Of a DNA stretch of 64,000 nucleotides, positions 37,143-47,592 are shown in pieces. Within the stretch, counting starts at the first letter, position 1. Each line of letters opens with the position of its first letter. Location: positions 1,620,603 through 1,684,602 of the forward strand of contig CP070680.1 in NCBI GenBank assembly GCA_020352555.1, read 5' to 3'. The notes under the pieces were generated by a model that made no database searches, was not told the origin of the DNA, and saw only the letters and a list, made by a program, of their open reading frames with translations. The position numbers were made by a program, and so were the translations under genes. Source of the DNA: a candidate division WOR-3 bacterium (GTDB taxonomy: Bacteria; Hydrothermota; Tepidihabitantia; Tepidihabitantales; Tepidihabitantaceae).

Positions 37143-39131
37143 TTGGCAGAGCGGCTGAACACCAGGAAGGGCTTGACGCTTGTGCTCGGGATCGTCATGG
37201 CTTGTTCGTTCCTGCTGTATCTGCCCACCCTGGGCCATGACCTGGTCTGGGACGACACTTCGCTCATATCGGAGAACCTGCTGCTGGCAGGGTCCAGTCC
37301 CCTGGACCTGCTCGGACGTGAATTCTGGGCAGGGTCGCCCGGTGATCCAGGCGAAACAGCAAGATCCTTCTACCGCCCGCTGACTGTGTTCTCATTCTGG
37401 CTTGACCAGCGGGTCGCCGGCACCAATCCGGCTTGGTTCCACCTGGTCAACATCCTTCTCAACGCTGGAGTAGCGGCCCTGGTCACACTCTTGATCTGGG
37501 ACTTGCTGGGCTCAGCGGTATGGGCCGGGCTCGGCGGACTGCTTTTTGGCGCGCACTCGTCCCACGTCGAATCAGTGGCATTTGTGTCCGGGCGCACCGA
37601 CCTGCTCGCCGGCCTTTTAGTCCTCGCTGCGGCACTCGGACTCGTACGCAGCCTGCGACCGAACCGGTTTGTCTGGGCGTGGCTGGTGGTCACCGCGTTT
37701 CCACTCGCTCTTCTCAGCAAGGAAACCGCCATCGTGTTTCCGATCCTGGTTGCACTCGCTCCCCCCCTGGTCCAGACCGGCTACACCCGAAGGCACTGGC
37801 TTCTTGCGGCAGCGACCGCTTCGCTCGGGCTTGGCTACCTCGTCCTTCGCAGTCGGGTCTTGGGGGCAATGCTCCCTAGGCCGGACCTCGGCGCGCCAGT
37901 CGCCCGCCTATTCGAAGTGGGCAACACTCTCGGCCTCTACCTCGGCATGTTCTTCTGGCCCCTGGGCCATCACCAGGTCAAGTTCCCTGCTGACCCGTCC
38001 TTCACTGGCCCTACCGCCTACGTCGTACTCGCCCTGGTGTTCGTCGCAGCCCTGCCGCTCGCTGCCGTCCGGCACCGGCTCCGCGTAGCGCTGTTCGGCG
38101 GTGCGTGGACCTTCCTTTTTCTGCTGCCGGTCCTGAACGTCGTCAGGATCGGGCCCCAGGCGGCCGAGCGCCTCATCTACCTTCCCTCCGCCGGGCTGGT
38201 TCTCGTCGTCATCACGCTTCTCGTGAGTTTGACTGGCGTCAGCCGGGCACTGGGTAGGACGGCTGTCGCTTCTTCGCTGGTCATGACCTTTGTGCTGGGG
38301 GTCGATGCGTTCAACCGAAGCCGTGTCTGGCGCGATGAAGGCACGCTGTTCGCCGCCATGGCCGCCGAAGCCCCGACCGCACCCAGCGCCTACGCCAATC
38401 TCGCCAACACGGTGCGCTTCAAGGATCCGGACTCGGCCATCACCCTCTACCGCAAGACACTGGAGTTCGACCCCGGCTACTCTGCTGCCCATCTCAACCT
38501 GGGTGTCCTCCTGAGCCAGCAGGGCACTCACGACTCAGCGATCCATCACCTGAACACTGCTGTGGTCCTGGATGCCGGTTCGGTCAAGGCGCTGAACAAC
38601 CTCGGCCTGGCCTTCTTCACAGCCGGCATGCCGGAGAGCGCCCTGGTCTACTTCAACAAGTCGGTCGCAATCGACTCAGGCCTTGCCGCCACGCACCTCA
38701 ATCTGGCCGGCGCCCTGGCCGAGCTGGGCAGAAACAGCCGGGCCGATGCGGAGCTGCACCGCGCCCTGGAGATTGAACCAGGGTTGACCCCTGCTCACCT
38801 GATGCTGGCTGAGCGGTACGAACGAATCGGACTGCTGGACAGCGCGATCTGGCACATGCATCGGGCAGAAGCTTCGGACCCGACGCGACCTTCGCTCGCC
38901 AACCGGCTGGGCACGATGCTGGTCAGAGCCGGAGACACCGCTGCCGCAATGGCCAGTTACCAGCGGGCACTGGAGCTGGACTCCTGCCTTGTGCCTGCCC
39001 TGTACAATCAGGCGGTCCTGCTTGCCGCCGGTCAAGACACTGCACAAGCGCTTGAATTGGCGACCCGCGCCCACCGGTTGCGCCCCGACTTGACAGCAGT
39101 CAGCAGCCTCTACGACCAGCTCAGCCGCTAG
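37143..39131 (+). CDS. Polytopic membrane protein with C-terminal TPR repeats (TMTC/PMT-2-like glycosyltransferase architecture)
   Basis: Roughly 9-11 TM helices in the first ~400 aa, followed by six or more TPR units (…AHLNLGVLLSQQG…ALNNLGLAFF…THLNLAGALAELG…). Confidence 0.65.
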   Translation: MAERLNTRKGLTLVLGIVMACSFLLYLPTLGHDLVWDDTSLISENLLLAGSSPLDLLGREFWAGSPGDPGETARSFYRPLTVFSFWLDQRVAGTNPAWFHLVNILLNAGVAALVTLLIWDLLGSAVWAGLGGLLFGAHSSHVESVAFVSGRTDLLAGLLVLAAALGLVRSLRPNRFVWAWLVVTAFPLALLSKETAIVFPILVALAPPLVQTGYTRRHWLLAAATASLGLGYLVLRSRVLGAMLPRPDLGAPVARLFEVGNTLGLYLGMFFWPLGHHQVKFPADPSFTGPTAYVVLALVFVAALPLAAVRHRLRVALFGGAWTFLFLLPVLNVVRIGPQAAERLIYLPSAGLVLVVITLLVSLTGVSRALGRTAVASSLVMTFVLGVDAFNRSRVWRDEGTLFAAMAAEAPTAPSAYANLANTVRFKDPDSAITLYRKTLEFDPGYSAAHLNLGVLLSQQGTHDSAIHHLNTAVVLDAGSVKALNNLGLAFFTAGMPESALVYFNKSVAIDSGLAATHLNLAGALAELGRNSRADAELHRALEIEPGLTPAHLMLAERYERIGLLDSAIWHMHRAEASDPTRPSLANRLGTMLVRAGDTAAAMASYQRALELDSCLVPALYNQAVLLAAGQDTAQALELATRAHRLRPDLTAVSSLYDQLSR

Positions 39132-39146
39132 ATCTCCTGGAAAGTC

Positions 39147-40784
39147 TTAGTACTTGGCCGCGATCGGAAACCGCCGGCCGGTGCCGAACGCCTTGCCGGT
39201 AACCCTGATCCCTGGTACCGCCTGGCGTCGTTTGTACTCATTGGCCTTCACGGCTCGGACAACCCACTCCACCGTGGCGCGGTCGTGTCCTGAGTCCGCA
39301 ATCTCCTCTGCCGACTCGCCTTCTTCAAGCCAGCGCCGGACAATGTCGTCCAGCACTTGATAAGGCGGCAGCGTATCCTGGTCCTTCTGCCCCGGCCTCA
39401 GCTCCGCTGAAGGAGGTTTTCTGACTATGGCACCCGGGATGACCTCGTGGTCCCGGTTGATGTGTTGCGCTAGTTCGTAGACCATTGTCTTCGGTACGTC
39501 AGCCAGCACCGCCAGCCCACCGCTCATGTCGCCGTACAGGGTGCAGTAGCCGACCGCCAGCTCGCTCTTGTTGCCGGTCGACACAACCATGTGACCGAGC
39601 TTGTTGGAGATCGCCATGAGGATGTTGCCCCTGACCCGGGCCTGGATGTTCTCTTCGGCTACCCCGGTCCCACCTTCACCCAGCAGGTCTCTTGTGACCC
39701 TCCGGTAGCAGTCGTACACCTCAGATATCGCTACTTGCTCAAACCGGATTCCCAGATTCGCGGCCAGCAGCCGGGAATCCTCGACACTGCCCGCAGAGGA
39801 GAATTCGGACGGCATCGTCACACCCAGTACGTTGTCGGCGCCCAGTGCCTCGACCGCAATGCAGCAGGCCACTGCGGAATCGATTCCACCGGACAACCCG
39901 AGCACGACCTTGCTGAATCCACACTTTGCCACGTAGTCGCGAAGGCCGAGCACGAGCGCTCGATAGACCGACCAAGTTACCTCCAGCGGCTGGTACTTCC
40001 CTGCGCCGGGACTCGCTGTATCGACGATTGTCACTTGCTCAACGAACGAATCCATCACTTCTATTGGTGCGCCCGCGGAGTCCAGCGCCATGCTCCTGCC
40101 ATCGAACACAAGCTCGTCGTTGCCTCCGACCTGATTGACGTAGACAAGAGGCAAGCGGTGTCGCCGACAATGGCCACCAAGCATCCGATAGCGCATTCCG
40201 TCCTTTCCGGCCGCGAAAGGCGAAGCGGAGACGTTGACCAGCAGAGTCGCTCCGTTCCGTGCCAATTCTCCAATCGGGTCTGTGCTGTACTTCTGCCCCG
40301 CCGCCTCGTCCGGATCGTTCCACGCATCCTCGCACACCGATACACCGAGTCTCTCGCCGGCAAAGCCGAAGGCTGCAAGGGACGGCGCCGGGTCGAAATA
40401 GCGCAGCTCATCGAACACGTCGTACGTCGGCAGCAGAGTCTTCGGCTGCATCCCGACCTGTCGCCCGGCCGCGAACAGCACGGCAGCGTTGTAGAGGCCG
40501 TTGCCGGTGTTCGAGCCGGTCTGGACCACCGCACCGGTCAGTATTCCTACGTCGGCGTACTCCCGAGACAGTTCAGCAAGCCGCCCTAGTCCCCTTTCGC
40601 AGCGCTCGATGAACCACTTCTGCTCGAGCAGATCACGAGGCGGGTACCCGGCAAGGAACATCTCGGGCAGAACCACCAGGTCGGGCCTGCCTGACCCCAG
40701 CTGCTCAAGTGTCTGCCGTATGCGCTGTAGATTGCCGTCGATGTCGCCCACGACCGGATTCAGCTGGGCGATTGCGATTCTCAT
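39147..40784 (-). CDS. nadE: Glutamine-dependent NAD+ synthetase
   Basis: N-terminal CN-hydrolase/nitrilase domain plus a C-terminal NAD synthetase domain carrying the SGGIDS PP-loop. 545 aa. Confidence 0.9.
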   Translation of the reverse strand: MRIAIAQLNPVVGDIDGNLQRIRQTLEQLGSGRPDLVVLPEMFLAGYPPRDLLEQKWFIERCERGLGRLAELSREYADVGILTGAVVQTGSNTGNGLYNAAVLFAAGRQVGMQPKTLLPTYDVFDELRYFDPAPSLAAFGFAGERLGVSVCEDAWNDPDEAAGQKYSTDPIGELARNGATLLVNVSASPFAAGKDGMRYRMLGGHCRRHRLPLVYVNQVGGNDELVFDGRSMALDSAGAPIEVMDSFVEQVTIVDTASPGAGKYQPLEVTWSVYRALVLGLRDYVAKCGFSKVVLGLSGGIDSAVACCIAVEALGADNVLGVTMPSEFSSAGSVEDSRLLAANLGIRFEQVAISEVYDCYRRVTRDLLGEGGTGVAEENIQARVRGNILMAISNKLGHMVVSTGNKSELAVGYCTLYGDMSGGLAVLADVPKTMVYELAQHINRDHEVIPGAIVRKPPSAELRPGQKDQDTLPPYQVLDDIVRRWLEEGESAEEIADSGHDRATVEWVVRAVKANEYKRRQAVPGIRVTGKAFGTGRRFPIAAKY

Positions 40785-40840
40785 GGTGTCAAGGTCAGTT
40801 TGCCTGAACTCCGTCCCTTGTCAATCGGACGACCTGGGAT

Positions 40841-41827
40841 ATGATACGTTCAATGCTCGTGGCAATGTCGGCGTTCTCGGTGACCACGCTGATGGTCGTC
40901 CAGCAACTGCCGGGAACGCCGGCGGCTGATTCACTGCAGGTCAACGACTCGGTACTGCTGACCAGTCCGTACCGGACTGAAGACCGCCGCGACTCCTTGC
41001 CCGCCGTTGATCCTCTGGATCCCATGGGCATCGATGCCGCGGATCTCTCGGACCGAACTGTCGTATTCACCATCGACGACGCGTACCACAGCATCTTTGC
41101 AGACGCCTATCCTCTGTTCAAACAGTACCGCATGCCGTTCACCCTCGGCGTCATTACTGACTACGTTCGGTCGGGTGAACCTACCCACGCAAATTCCGGG
41201 GGCTTCATGAAGCGCTCGGAGATTCAGGAGCTCATAGACTCACTCCACATCGAAGTAGCCAGCCACAGCACGTCCCATCCTTTTCTGACCAGGCTCGACA
41301 GCGCCACCGCGTGGAAGGAGATACAAGGGTCTAAGGTGATACTTGAGTCTCTGTTCGGCAAGGAGGTCATGACTTTCGTATACCCGTATGGTGACGTGGA
41401 CGCCAGGATTCGGCGAATGGTGGAACGTGCCGGATACCGCATCGGTCGGGCCGTACGCTCCGGCACCCCGAACTTCTGGGTCGACCCCTATCGAATCCCA
41501 ATGTTCGAGCTGCGCATGGAAACCAGGCTGGCGGATGTGGCAAAACACATCCGTGGTCGCAAGACGACCGTCCTCCTGGTCCACCAAGTCGTCAGAGAGC
41601 CGAGCGTGTTCACCGAGTGGTCAATTGCCGACTTCGGCGAACTCCTGGCGTGGCTTGACCGTGGAAACGCCAGTGTGGTGACGCTCTCCGCGCTCTTCAG
41701 GGAATGGTGGGTAGAGAAGTTGGTCCGGTTCACGGAGGAGGTTGCCGCCGCCTATCCGGACGGCCGCAAACACCTGCTATTCCAGGAGGTAGATGTCGAC
41801 GCTACCGAGGCTGCGCATCCCCGCTGA
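40841..41827 (+). CDS. Polysaccharide deacetylase (NodB/CE4) family protein
   Basis: NodB motifs TIDDAY, HSTSHP and YPYGD. N-terminal signal/TM segment. Confidence 0.75.
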   Translation: MIRSMLVAMSAFSVTTLMVVQQLPGTPAADSLQVNDSVLLTSPYRTEDRRDSLPAVDPLDPMGIDAADLSDRTVVFTIDDAYHSIFADAYPLFKQYRMPFTLGVITDYVRSGEPTHANSGGFMKRSEIQELIDSLHIEVASHSTSHPFLTRLDSATAWKEIQGSKVILESLFGKEVMTFVYPYGDVDARIRRMVERAGYRIGRAVRSGTPNFWVDPYRIPMFELRMETRLADVAKHIRGRKTTVLLVHQVVREPSVFTEWSIADFGELLAWLDRGNASVVTLSALFREWWVEKLVRFTEEVAAAYPDGRKHLLFQEVDVDATEAAHPR

Positions 41828-42427
41828 CTTGAAGGCGTCGATATTCCTCCTCGGACCGACGAATAGGTCAACATGCTTGCCCTTCACGGCGCTGCCGACG
41901 TCGTGGGCAAGGAAAACGCCGCTTAGCCTCTTGCCGTCAACAACCACCTTCTCGGCCTGAGGAATGTAGACTCTGGCTCCGAGCGGGATGACACGCGGGT
42001 CGACGGCAATCGACTTAAGCTCAGAAAGCTTGTAGCCGCCGTAGCCCATGAAGCTGTCGCCGACTTCCACGCGGTTAATCCCCCTCAGGTAACTGATGCA
42101 CCGTCCGTCGTTGAGCCGGGCTGCCGCCTCGATCTTGAAGTCCCTGATGAACCTCCAGCCGAACCGACCGACCAGCCTCCCCTGTTTGTCATAGAGGGGG
42201 TTTCGCCCGGCTGGATAGTCCTTCTCCTCAACTACCCAGTAGAAGGTTGTCTTGAACCTGCCTAGGTAGCGGGCGTTGGGCAGCTCAGGAGGAGGCCCCA
42301 TCGCCTCTTCCAGCAACCAGGACGGAGGCCCGACCGAAATCGGCCCGTCCTGGACCTCGAGGGTCTGGACCTTGGGCTGCAGGCATGCCAGAAGAGCAAG
42401 AACGAGGCCGACGACCCACTTCCGCAT
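41777..42427 (-). CDS. 3D-domain (MltA-like) cell-wall-binding protein
   Basis: Signal peptide MRKWVVGLVLALLAC. C-terminal 3D domain with conserved Asp residues (…VAVDPRVIPLGARVYIP…GVFLAHDVGSAVKGKHVDLF). Confidence 0.65.
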   Translation of the reverse strand: MRKWVVGLVLALLACLQPKVQTLEVQDGPISVGPPSWLLEEAMGPPPELPNARYLGRFKTTFYWVVEEKDYPAGRNPLYDKQGRLVGRFGWRFIRDFKIEAAARLNDGRCISYLRGINRVEVGDSFMGYGGYKLSELKSIAVDPRVIPLGARVYIPQAEKVVVDGKRLSGVFLAHDVGSAVKGKHVDLFVGPRRNIDAFKSAGMRSLGSVDIYLLE

Positions 42428-42729
42428 AGAGGCAATTATCTCCACCGCGCACCGATGTCAAGCGGCCCTGCTCACCCGGACCGAGGACCGGAAGTCGGCT
42501 CATGGACGCAGTGCAACGTAAAAGCCTACAGCTCAGGCAGTTACGGGCCCGCCGACCTTCGGTCCGACAGGTCCCTGGGCAGCAATGACCTGGATTCCAG
42601 GCCGCCTCAGAGGGCGCGCCTATTGGCCCGGTGGGTCGGAGGACTTTGTGACTTTGAGCAGGACCGGCAGTGCCAGATTCGGCACTGGGTCCCGCGATCG
42701 ACGGCTGTCAGAGAGCGTGGTGTGAACGA

Positions 42730-43761
42730 CTAGCTGAGGTCAAGACTCCCCTGTCCGGCCCGACGCTGTCGCTTGCCGAGATGCTCGTATGCCTGAGCGG
42801 TCGGGACCCTGCCGCGCGGGGTGCGCTGAATGAGACCCTCCTGCACCAGGAACGGCTCGTACACCTCCTCGATGGTCCCGGCATCTTCGCCCACCGCCAC
42901 CGCGAGGGAATTGAGCCCGACCGGTGCGCCGCCAAACTTGTCGACAAGCGTCATGAGTATCTTCTTGTCCATCTCGTCCAGCCCGCGTGAATCGACGTCC
43001 AACTTCTCGAGGGCGAACTCGGCGATATCCTCGTCTATCCTCTCGTTCCCACGTACCTGGGCAAAGTCTCGTACACGTCGCAGCAGCCGGTTGGCTATTC
43101 GAGGAGTTCCCCGTGCCCGGCCCGCTATCTCCCAGGCACCGCTGTCCTCGATCGTGACCCCCAGTATTCTGGCCGAACGCTGCACGATGTGGAACAGGTC
43201 TTCAGCAGGATAGTAGTCCAGCCGGAAGGTTATGCCGAACCGGGACCGTAGCGGCGCGGTTATCAGGCCGGATCTGGTCGTGGCCCCGACCAGGGTGAAC
43301 CGGCTCAGCGTGATGCGCTCCGACCGCGCCCCCGGCCCCTTGTCGATGAGCACGTCGAGCGCGAACTCCTCAAGCGCTGGGTAGAGAAACTCCTCGACCG
43401 CTTTGTTTGTCCGGTGGATTTCGTCGATGAAGAACACGTCCTTGCCTCCCAGCCCGGTCAGAACCCCGGCCAGGTCCGCCGGCCGTTCCAGGATCGGACC
43501 CGACGAGCAGCGGATTGCGGTCCCCATTTCCTCGGCCACGATATAGGCTAGCGTCGTCTTCCCCAGGCCCGGCGGTCCGAATAGCAGCACGTGTTCGAGT
43601 GGCTCGTCACGCTTCTTCGCCGCCTCGACGAACACCCGCAGGTTTTCCTTCAGCCGAGTCTGGCCCACGAACTCGTCCAGTTTCCGTGGCCTGATCTGTT
43701 CGTCCACCGCCTCTTCGCCCGAGAGCCGCTCGGGCGAAATCAGCCGTTCTTCGGCAGCCAT
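42730..43761 (-). CDS. ruvB: Holliday junction branch-migration helicase RuvB
   Basis: AAA+ motifs GPPGLGKTT and DEIHR, sensor residues, and a C-terminal winged helix. Confidence 0.95.
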   Translation of the reverse strand: MAAEERLISPERLSGEEAVDEQIRPRKLDEFVGQTRLKENLRVFVEAAKKRDEPLEHVLLFGPPGLGKTTLAYIVAEEMGTAIRCSSGPILERPADLAGVLTGLGGKDVFFIDEIHRTNKAVEEFLYPALEEFALDVLIDKGPGARSERITLSRFTLVGATTRSGLITAPLRSRFGITFRLDYYPAEDLFHIVQRSARILGVTIEDSGAWEIAGRARGTPRIANRLLRRVRDFAQVRGNERIDEDIAEFALEKLDVDSRGLDEMDKKILMTLVDKFGGAPVGLNSLAVAVGEDAGTIEEVYEPFLVQEGLIQRTPRGRVPTAQAYEHLGKRQRRAGQGSLDLS

Positions 43762-43762
43762 C

Positions 43763-44326
43763 CTAGCGCCTTCCTGACTGGAGTGCGAGTCTCAGGAGAT
43801 CTTGCAGGGTCACGTCTTCGCTCACTTTGATTCGCTCGAGCCGCTGCCGCGCCTCACGCCGGGTCAGCCCAAGTGAGACCAGTGCTGCCTCGGCGTCGGT
43901 CAGCAACGGCTTGCCCGCCGCCGGCGCCACCGTCTTCTCAGCTAGCTCCTCAAGCACCCGCTCTGCTTTCTTGGGCCCGACACCGGGCACGGTCTTGATG
44001 ACTTCGATCCGCCGGCGCGCAATCGTGTCGATGATGTCGTCCGGGCCGAACCGGGACAGAAAATTCAGCCCGGCCCTCGGTCCGATGCCCTTCACCGACA
44101 GTAGCAGCCTGAAAACGTCCCGCTCCCTACTCTCGAGGAAACCATACAGCTCCACGCCGTTCTGGGTGAACCTCGTCACCACCAGCAGGCCGACTTCTGT
44201 TCCTTTCTCGCCCAGCCGGCTCGAAGTCGAAAGTGGCACACCGACTTCGTACCCGGTGCCATTGCAGTCGAGCACTAGTCTCGTGGGCTCCTTCTCGACA
44301 ATCGTGCCACGCAGGAAGGCGATCAT
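43763..44326 (-). CDS. ruvA: Holliday junction DNA-binding protein RuvA
   Basis: OB domain, tandem HhH motifs (VKGIGPRAGL, VPGVGPKKAERV) and a C-terminal RuvB-interaction domain. Start taken at MIAFLRG. Confidence 0.85.
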   Translation of the reverse strand: MIAFLRGTIVEKEPTRLVLDCNGTGYEVGVPLSTSSRLGEKGTEVGLLVVTRFTQNGVELYGFLESRERDVFRLLLSVKGIGPRAGLNFLSRFGPDDIIDTIARRRIEVIKTVPGVGPKKAERVLEELAEKTVAPAAGKPLLTDAEAALVSLGLTRREARQRLERIKVSEDVTLQDLLRLALQSGRR

Positions 44327-44330
44327 CGTA

Positions 44331-44858
44331 TCAGCGTTTCGCCAGCGTGCGCCGTGCAAGACAGAACGCAGCCGCCAGTGCGTCGGCTTCATGCTCCTGG
44401 ATATCATCGCCCAGCCCCAGAAGCTGACTCATCATGTAGTTCATCTGCTTCTTGGAAGCCTTGCCGCTACCGGTGACGGCGAGCTTGATGGTCGCAGGTG
44501 TTACCTCGACCGTTGGGATGCCGTGCACGGCCAGCACGTACAGCAGCACCCCCCGGCACTGGGCGGACAGGATGACGCTCCTTGCGCCCCCTGTCTTGAA
44601 GAACAGCGTCTCGATTGCGCAGCGTTGTGGCCGGTTCTCGGAGATGACCTCAGTCAGCTTGTCGGCCAGCCGTTTCAGTCGCACGCCGGTTGGCTGCGTG
44701 TTGTCTGTAGTGATAACACCGAAATCGACAGCGTGGTCTTTTTCGATGACCCCGTACCCCGTAGCCGACAGGCCGGGGTCGATGCCGAGTATTCTGATTG
44801 TCCCGCTACTCCCCGGACACCTTCTCGAGCACCTCGTCCGGGATGTCGAAATTGGCAT
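44331..44858 (-). CDS. ruvC: Crossover junction endodeoxyribonuclease RuvC
   Basis: RNase H fold with ILGIDPG and the acidic catalytic residues. The only canonical in-frame start (ATG 44858) gives a ~20 aa N-terminal extension overlapping the yebC 3' end; the exact start is uncertain. Confidence 0.8.
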   Translation of the reverse strand: MPISTSRTRCSRRCPGSSGTIRILGIDPGLSATGYGVIEKDHAVDFGVITTDNTQPTGVRLKRLADKLTEVISENRPQRCAIETLFFKTGGARSVILSAQCRGVLLYVLAVHGIPTVEVTPATIKLAVTGSGKASKKQMNYMMSQLLGLGDDIQEHEADALAAAFCLARRTLAKR

Positions 44859-45558
44859 AGACGTTCTGGACTTCGTCCAGTTCCTCCAGCATCTCAATCA
44901 GTCGAAGAACCTTCTTGGCCCCGCCCTCGTCCAAAGGAACGGTGTTCGAAGCAATCTGTGTGAGCTCGGCGCTGAGCCATTCCACCCCGGCTTCACTCAG
45001 TTGCCTCTTTACGGCCTCGAAGCTTGCGGGCGACGTGACCACGGAATACCCGCTGTCATCGGTCTGGACATCATCGGCACCTGCCTCCAGCGCGGCTGCG
45101 AGCACCGTATCCTCGTCAGCCCGGTTCTTGGGTATGACGATCAGACCCCGCGGCTTGAACTGCCAGGCCACACAACCAGCAGCACCCATGCTGCCCCCGT
45201 GCTTGTCGAAAACGTGCCGCACCGAGGCAGTGCTTCTGTTCTTGTTGTCGGTTAGCGCCTGGACCAGCACGGCAACACCGTTTGCGCCATATCCCTCGTA
45301 GGTGACCTCTTCATACGAAACCCCAGGCAGCTCACCGGTACCTTTCTTGACCGCCCGGTCGATGTTGTCCGCCGGCATGTTCATCGACTTGGCCGACTCC
45401 ATAGCGGTGCGCAATCTGGGGTTTGCATCCGGGTCGCCGCCGCCAACGCGCGCCGCTGCCGTTATCTCCCGAATAATCTTGGAGAAGGCTCTGCCGCGTG
45501 CGGCATCGGTCTTCGCCTTCTTATGCTTGATGGTTGCCCATTTAGAATGTCCGGACAT
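44806..45558 (-). CDS. yebC: YebC/PmpR family DNA-binding transcriptional regulator
   Basis: 250 aa beginning MSGHSKWATIKHKK. Strong ribosome-binding site (AAGGAGGAACGTAATG). Confidence 0.9.
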   Translation of the reverse strand: MSGHSKWATIKHKKAKTDAARGRAFSKIIREITAAARVGGGDPDANPRLRTAMESAKSMNMPADNIDRAVKKGTGELPGVSYEEVTYEGYGANGVAVLVQALTDNKNRSTASVRHVFDKHGGSMGAAGCVAWQFKPRGLIVIPKNRADEDTVLAAALEAGADDVQTDDSGYSVVTSPASFEAVKRQLSEAGVEWLSAELTQIASNTVPLDEGGAKKVLRLIEMLEELDEVQNVYANFDIPDEVLEKVSGE

Positions 45559-45700
45559 TACGTTCCTCCTTGGAGTACCGTGTCCATTCATTGTAGAATC
45601 GGCGCTGTGACTGTCAACACCTATGCCAGCCGAAACCCTCTGCGAAGGGCAGAACCGGCTATCTGCTTGACATCCGAAGGCCGAACGGTAAGTTAGAATC

Positions 45701-46612
45701 ATGATGTTGTCGGCAATGGTATTTGCTCTGATTGCGGTCGACCCCAACGTCGGCACGTCCGGCTTCGACTTCATTCGCATCGCGCCGACAGCACGCGAAG
45801 CGGCAATGGGCACGGCCGCTCTTGCGAAAGCAACCAGCCCGATGAACTTCTGGTACAATCCGGCCCACGCAGCCGGCAACGAGCACCAGCGGGCCCACTT
45901 CGGATACATCAACTACGTCGCCGGCATCCACATCGGTTCCGTCGCGTTCTCTCAGCGTCTGGAACAGAACAAGGGCATCGGCGTCGGCGTTGTCTACCTC
46001 AACTCGGGTAGCATGAAACGAACCGACGAACGCGGGTATGAGCTCGGGACATTCGGGGTGTCATATGCTGACCTGAACGTCAGTGGTGGATGGGAATTGG
46101 CCGACTTCATGGCGGTTGGCGCCGGCATCCAGGGGCTCTACGGATCCATCGACACCTTCTTCACAGTCGGGCTCGCCGGCAATGCCGCCGTCAGATTCAG
46201 CTTCCCGGTCAACGGCCTCGAAGGGCTCAACGTCGCGCTCGCAGCCCAGAATCTGGGTCTCACCGTGAAGCCCTACAAGACGCAGCGCGATCCTCTGCCG
46301 ATGTCGGTCGGCGCGGGCATCAGCTATGACATCAACGATGCTGTGATGTTTGGTCTGGATGTCGTCAAGCCTCTGGACAACCAGATCCAGTTCAGCACTG
46401 GAGTCGAAGGCTGGGTTGGTGACATACTCGCCCTGCGCGCCGGCTATAATTCGCTCGGGCCTGATCTCAAGTCCGGCGGTGGTTCCGACATCCTCGCGGG
46501 GCTTTCAACCGGGCTCGGCATCCGATTCCGGGGATACCAGCTCGACTACTGCTTCACGCCCATGGTCCAACTGGGCATGGCACATCGGCTCTCACTCGCC
46601 CTGACGCTCTAG
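45701..46612 (+). CDS. Outer-membrane beta-barrel protein, possibly T9SS-associated PorP/SprF-like
   Basis: Signal peptide. An N-terminal FWYNPAHAAG motif resembling the NPAYAG signature of PorP/SprF. Alternating beta-strand pattern. The family assignment is tentative. Confidence 0.45.
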   Translation: MMLSAMVFALIAVDPNVGTSGFDFIRIAPTAREAAMGTAALAKATSPMNFWYNPAHAAGNEHQRAHFGYINYVAGIHIGSVAFSQRLEQNKGIGVGVVYLNSGSMKRTDERGYELGTFGVSYADLNVSGGWELADFMAVGAGIQGLYGSIDTFFTVGLAGNAAVRFSFPVNGLEGLNVALAAQNLGLTVKPYKTQRDPLPMSVGAGISYDINDAVMFGLDVVKPLDNQIQFSTGVEGWVGDILALRAGYNSLGPDLKSGGGSDILAGLSTGLGIRFRGYQLDYCFTPMVQLGMAHRLSLALTL

Positions 46613-46629
46613 AGGCCCCCGGTCCTACG

Positions 46630-47592
46630 ATGAAACGGCAGTACGTCAAGGACCTGAAGCCCGGCATCCCGATTGATGACGTCTTCTTCGTAACACGGCG
46701 CGACATAAGGGAACGCCGCGACGGTACGCCGTTCCTGACGTTCGATTTGATGGACAAGACCGGCAATGTCGCAGCAATCATGTGGGATCGTGTGGAAGAC
46801 GCCATCAGTTGCGTCGAACCAGGCGGTTTCTTCCGCGTCCAGGGCAAACTCGGCAACTACCAGGGACGACCTCAACTCACCGTCGCCGTCATCTATCCGG
46901 CCGATCCCAAGGATATCGACCGGGACGACTTCCTTCGCGCAACAAGGCACGACCGGGGCAAGATGATGTCCGAATTGCAGAGCTACATCGAAACGGTAGA
47001 GGATAGGCACCTGAAGAAACTGCTCGCCGCTTTCTTCGACGAGGAGAGCTTCACAAAGGAGTTCGCTCTCGCGCCAGGCGGTGCTCAAGTACACCACAAC
47101 TATCTCGGCGGGTTGCTGGAACACACCGTCATGATGGCAAGGGTAGCCGCCGCGCTGCCGACCGCATACCCGGAGTTGAACCATGACCTGCTGATGACCG
47201 GTGTCTTGTTGCATGACGTCGGCAAGGTCCGGGAGTACACATACGAGGTTGCTTTGGATCATACGTGGGATGGCAGACTGATCGGTCACATCGTAATGGG
47301 ATACGAAATAGTCAAGGAGAAGATGTCACAGATCCCTGGTTTCCCTGAGGAACTGGGACGAATGCTCCTGCACACGGTCCTCGCGCACCATGGACACCTC
47401 GAACATGGTTCGCCCAAGACGCCCAAGTTCGCCGAGGCGATTGTGGTCTACTTTCTCGACAACATGGACGCGAGAATCATGATGTTCCGTGGCGCCATCG
47501 AGAAGAACCCAGGCACCAAATGGACCGACTATCAGCAATACCTAGAGACCAACGTCTACATCCCGGACCGGCCCAAAGTCCCCGAGAGCTAG
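46630..47592 (+). CDS. OB-fold plus HD-domain phosphohydrolase (YhaM-like 3'-5' exoribonuclease family)
   Basis: N-terminal OB fold (FRVQGKLGNYQGRPQLTV) followed by an HD domain (HNYLGGLLEHT…LLHDVGK). Confidence 0.7.
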   Translation: MKRQYVKDLKPGIPIDDVFFVTRRDIRERRDGTPFLTFDLMDKTGNVAAIMWDRVEDAISCVEPGGFFRVQGKLGNYQGRPQLTVAVIYPADPKDIDRDDFLRATRHDRGKMMSELQSYIETVEDRHLKKLLAAFFDEESFTKEFALAPGGAQVHHNYLGGLLEHTVMMARVAAALPTAYPELNHDLLMTGVLLHDVGKVREYTYEVALDHTWDGRLIGHIVMGYEIVKEKMSQIPGFPEELGRMLLHTVLAHHGHLEHGSPKTPKFAEAIVVYFLDNMDARIMMFRGAIEKNPGTKWTDYQQYLETNVYIPDRPKVPES

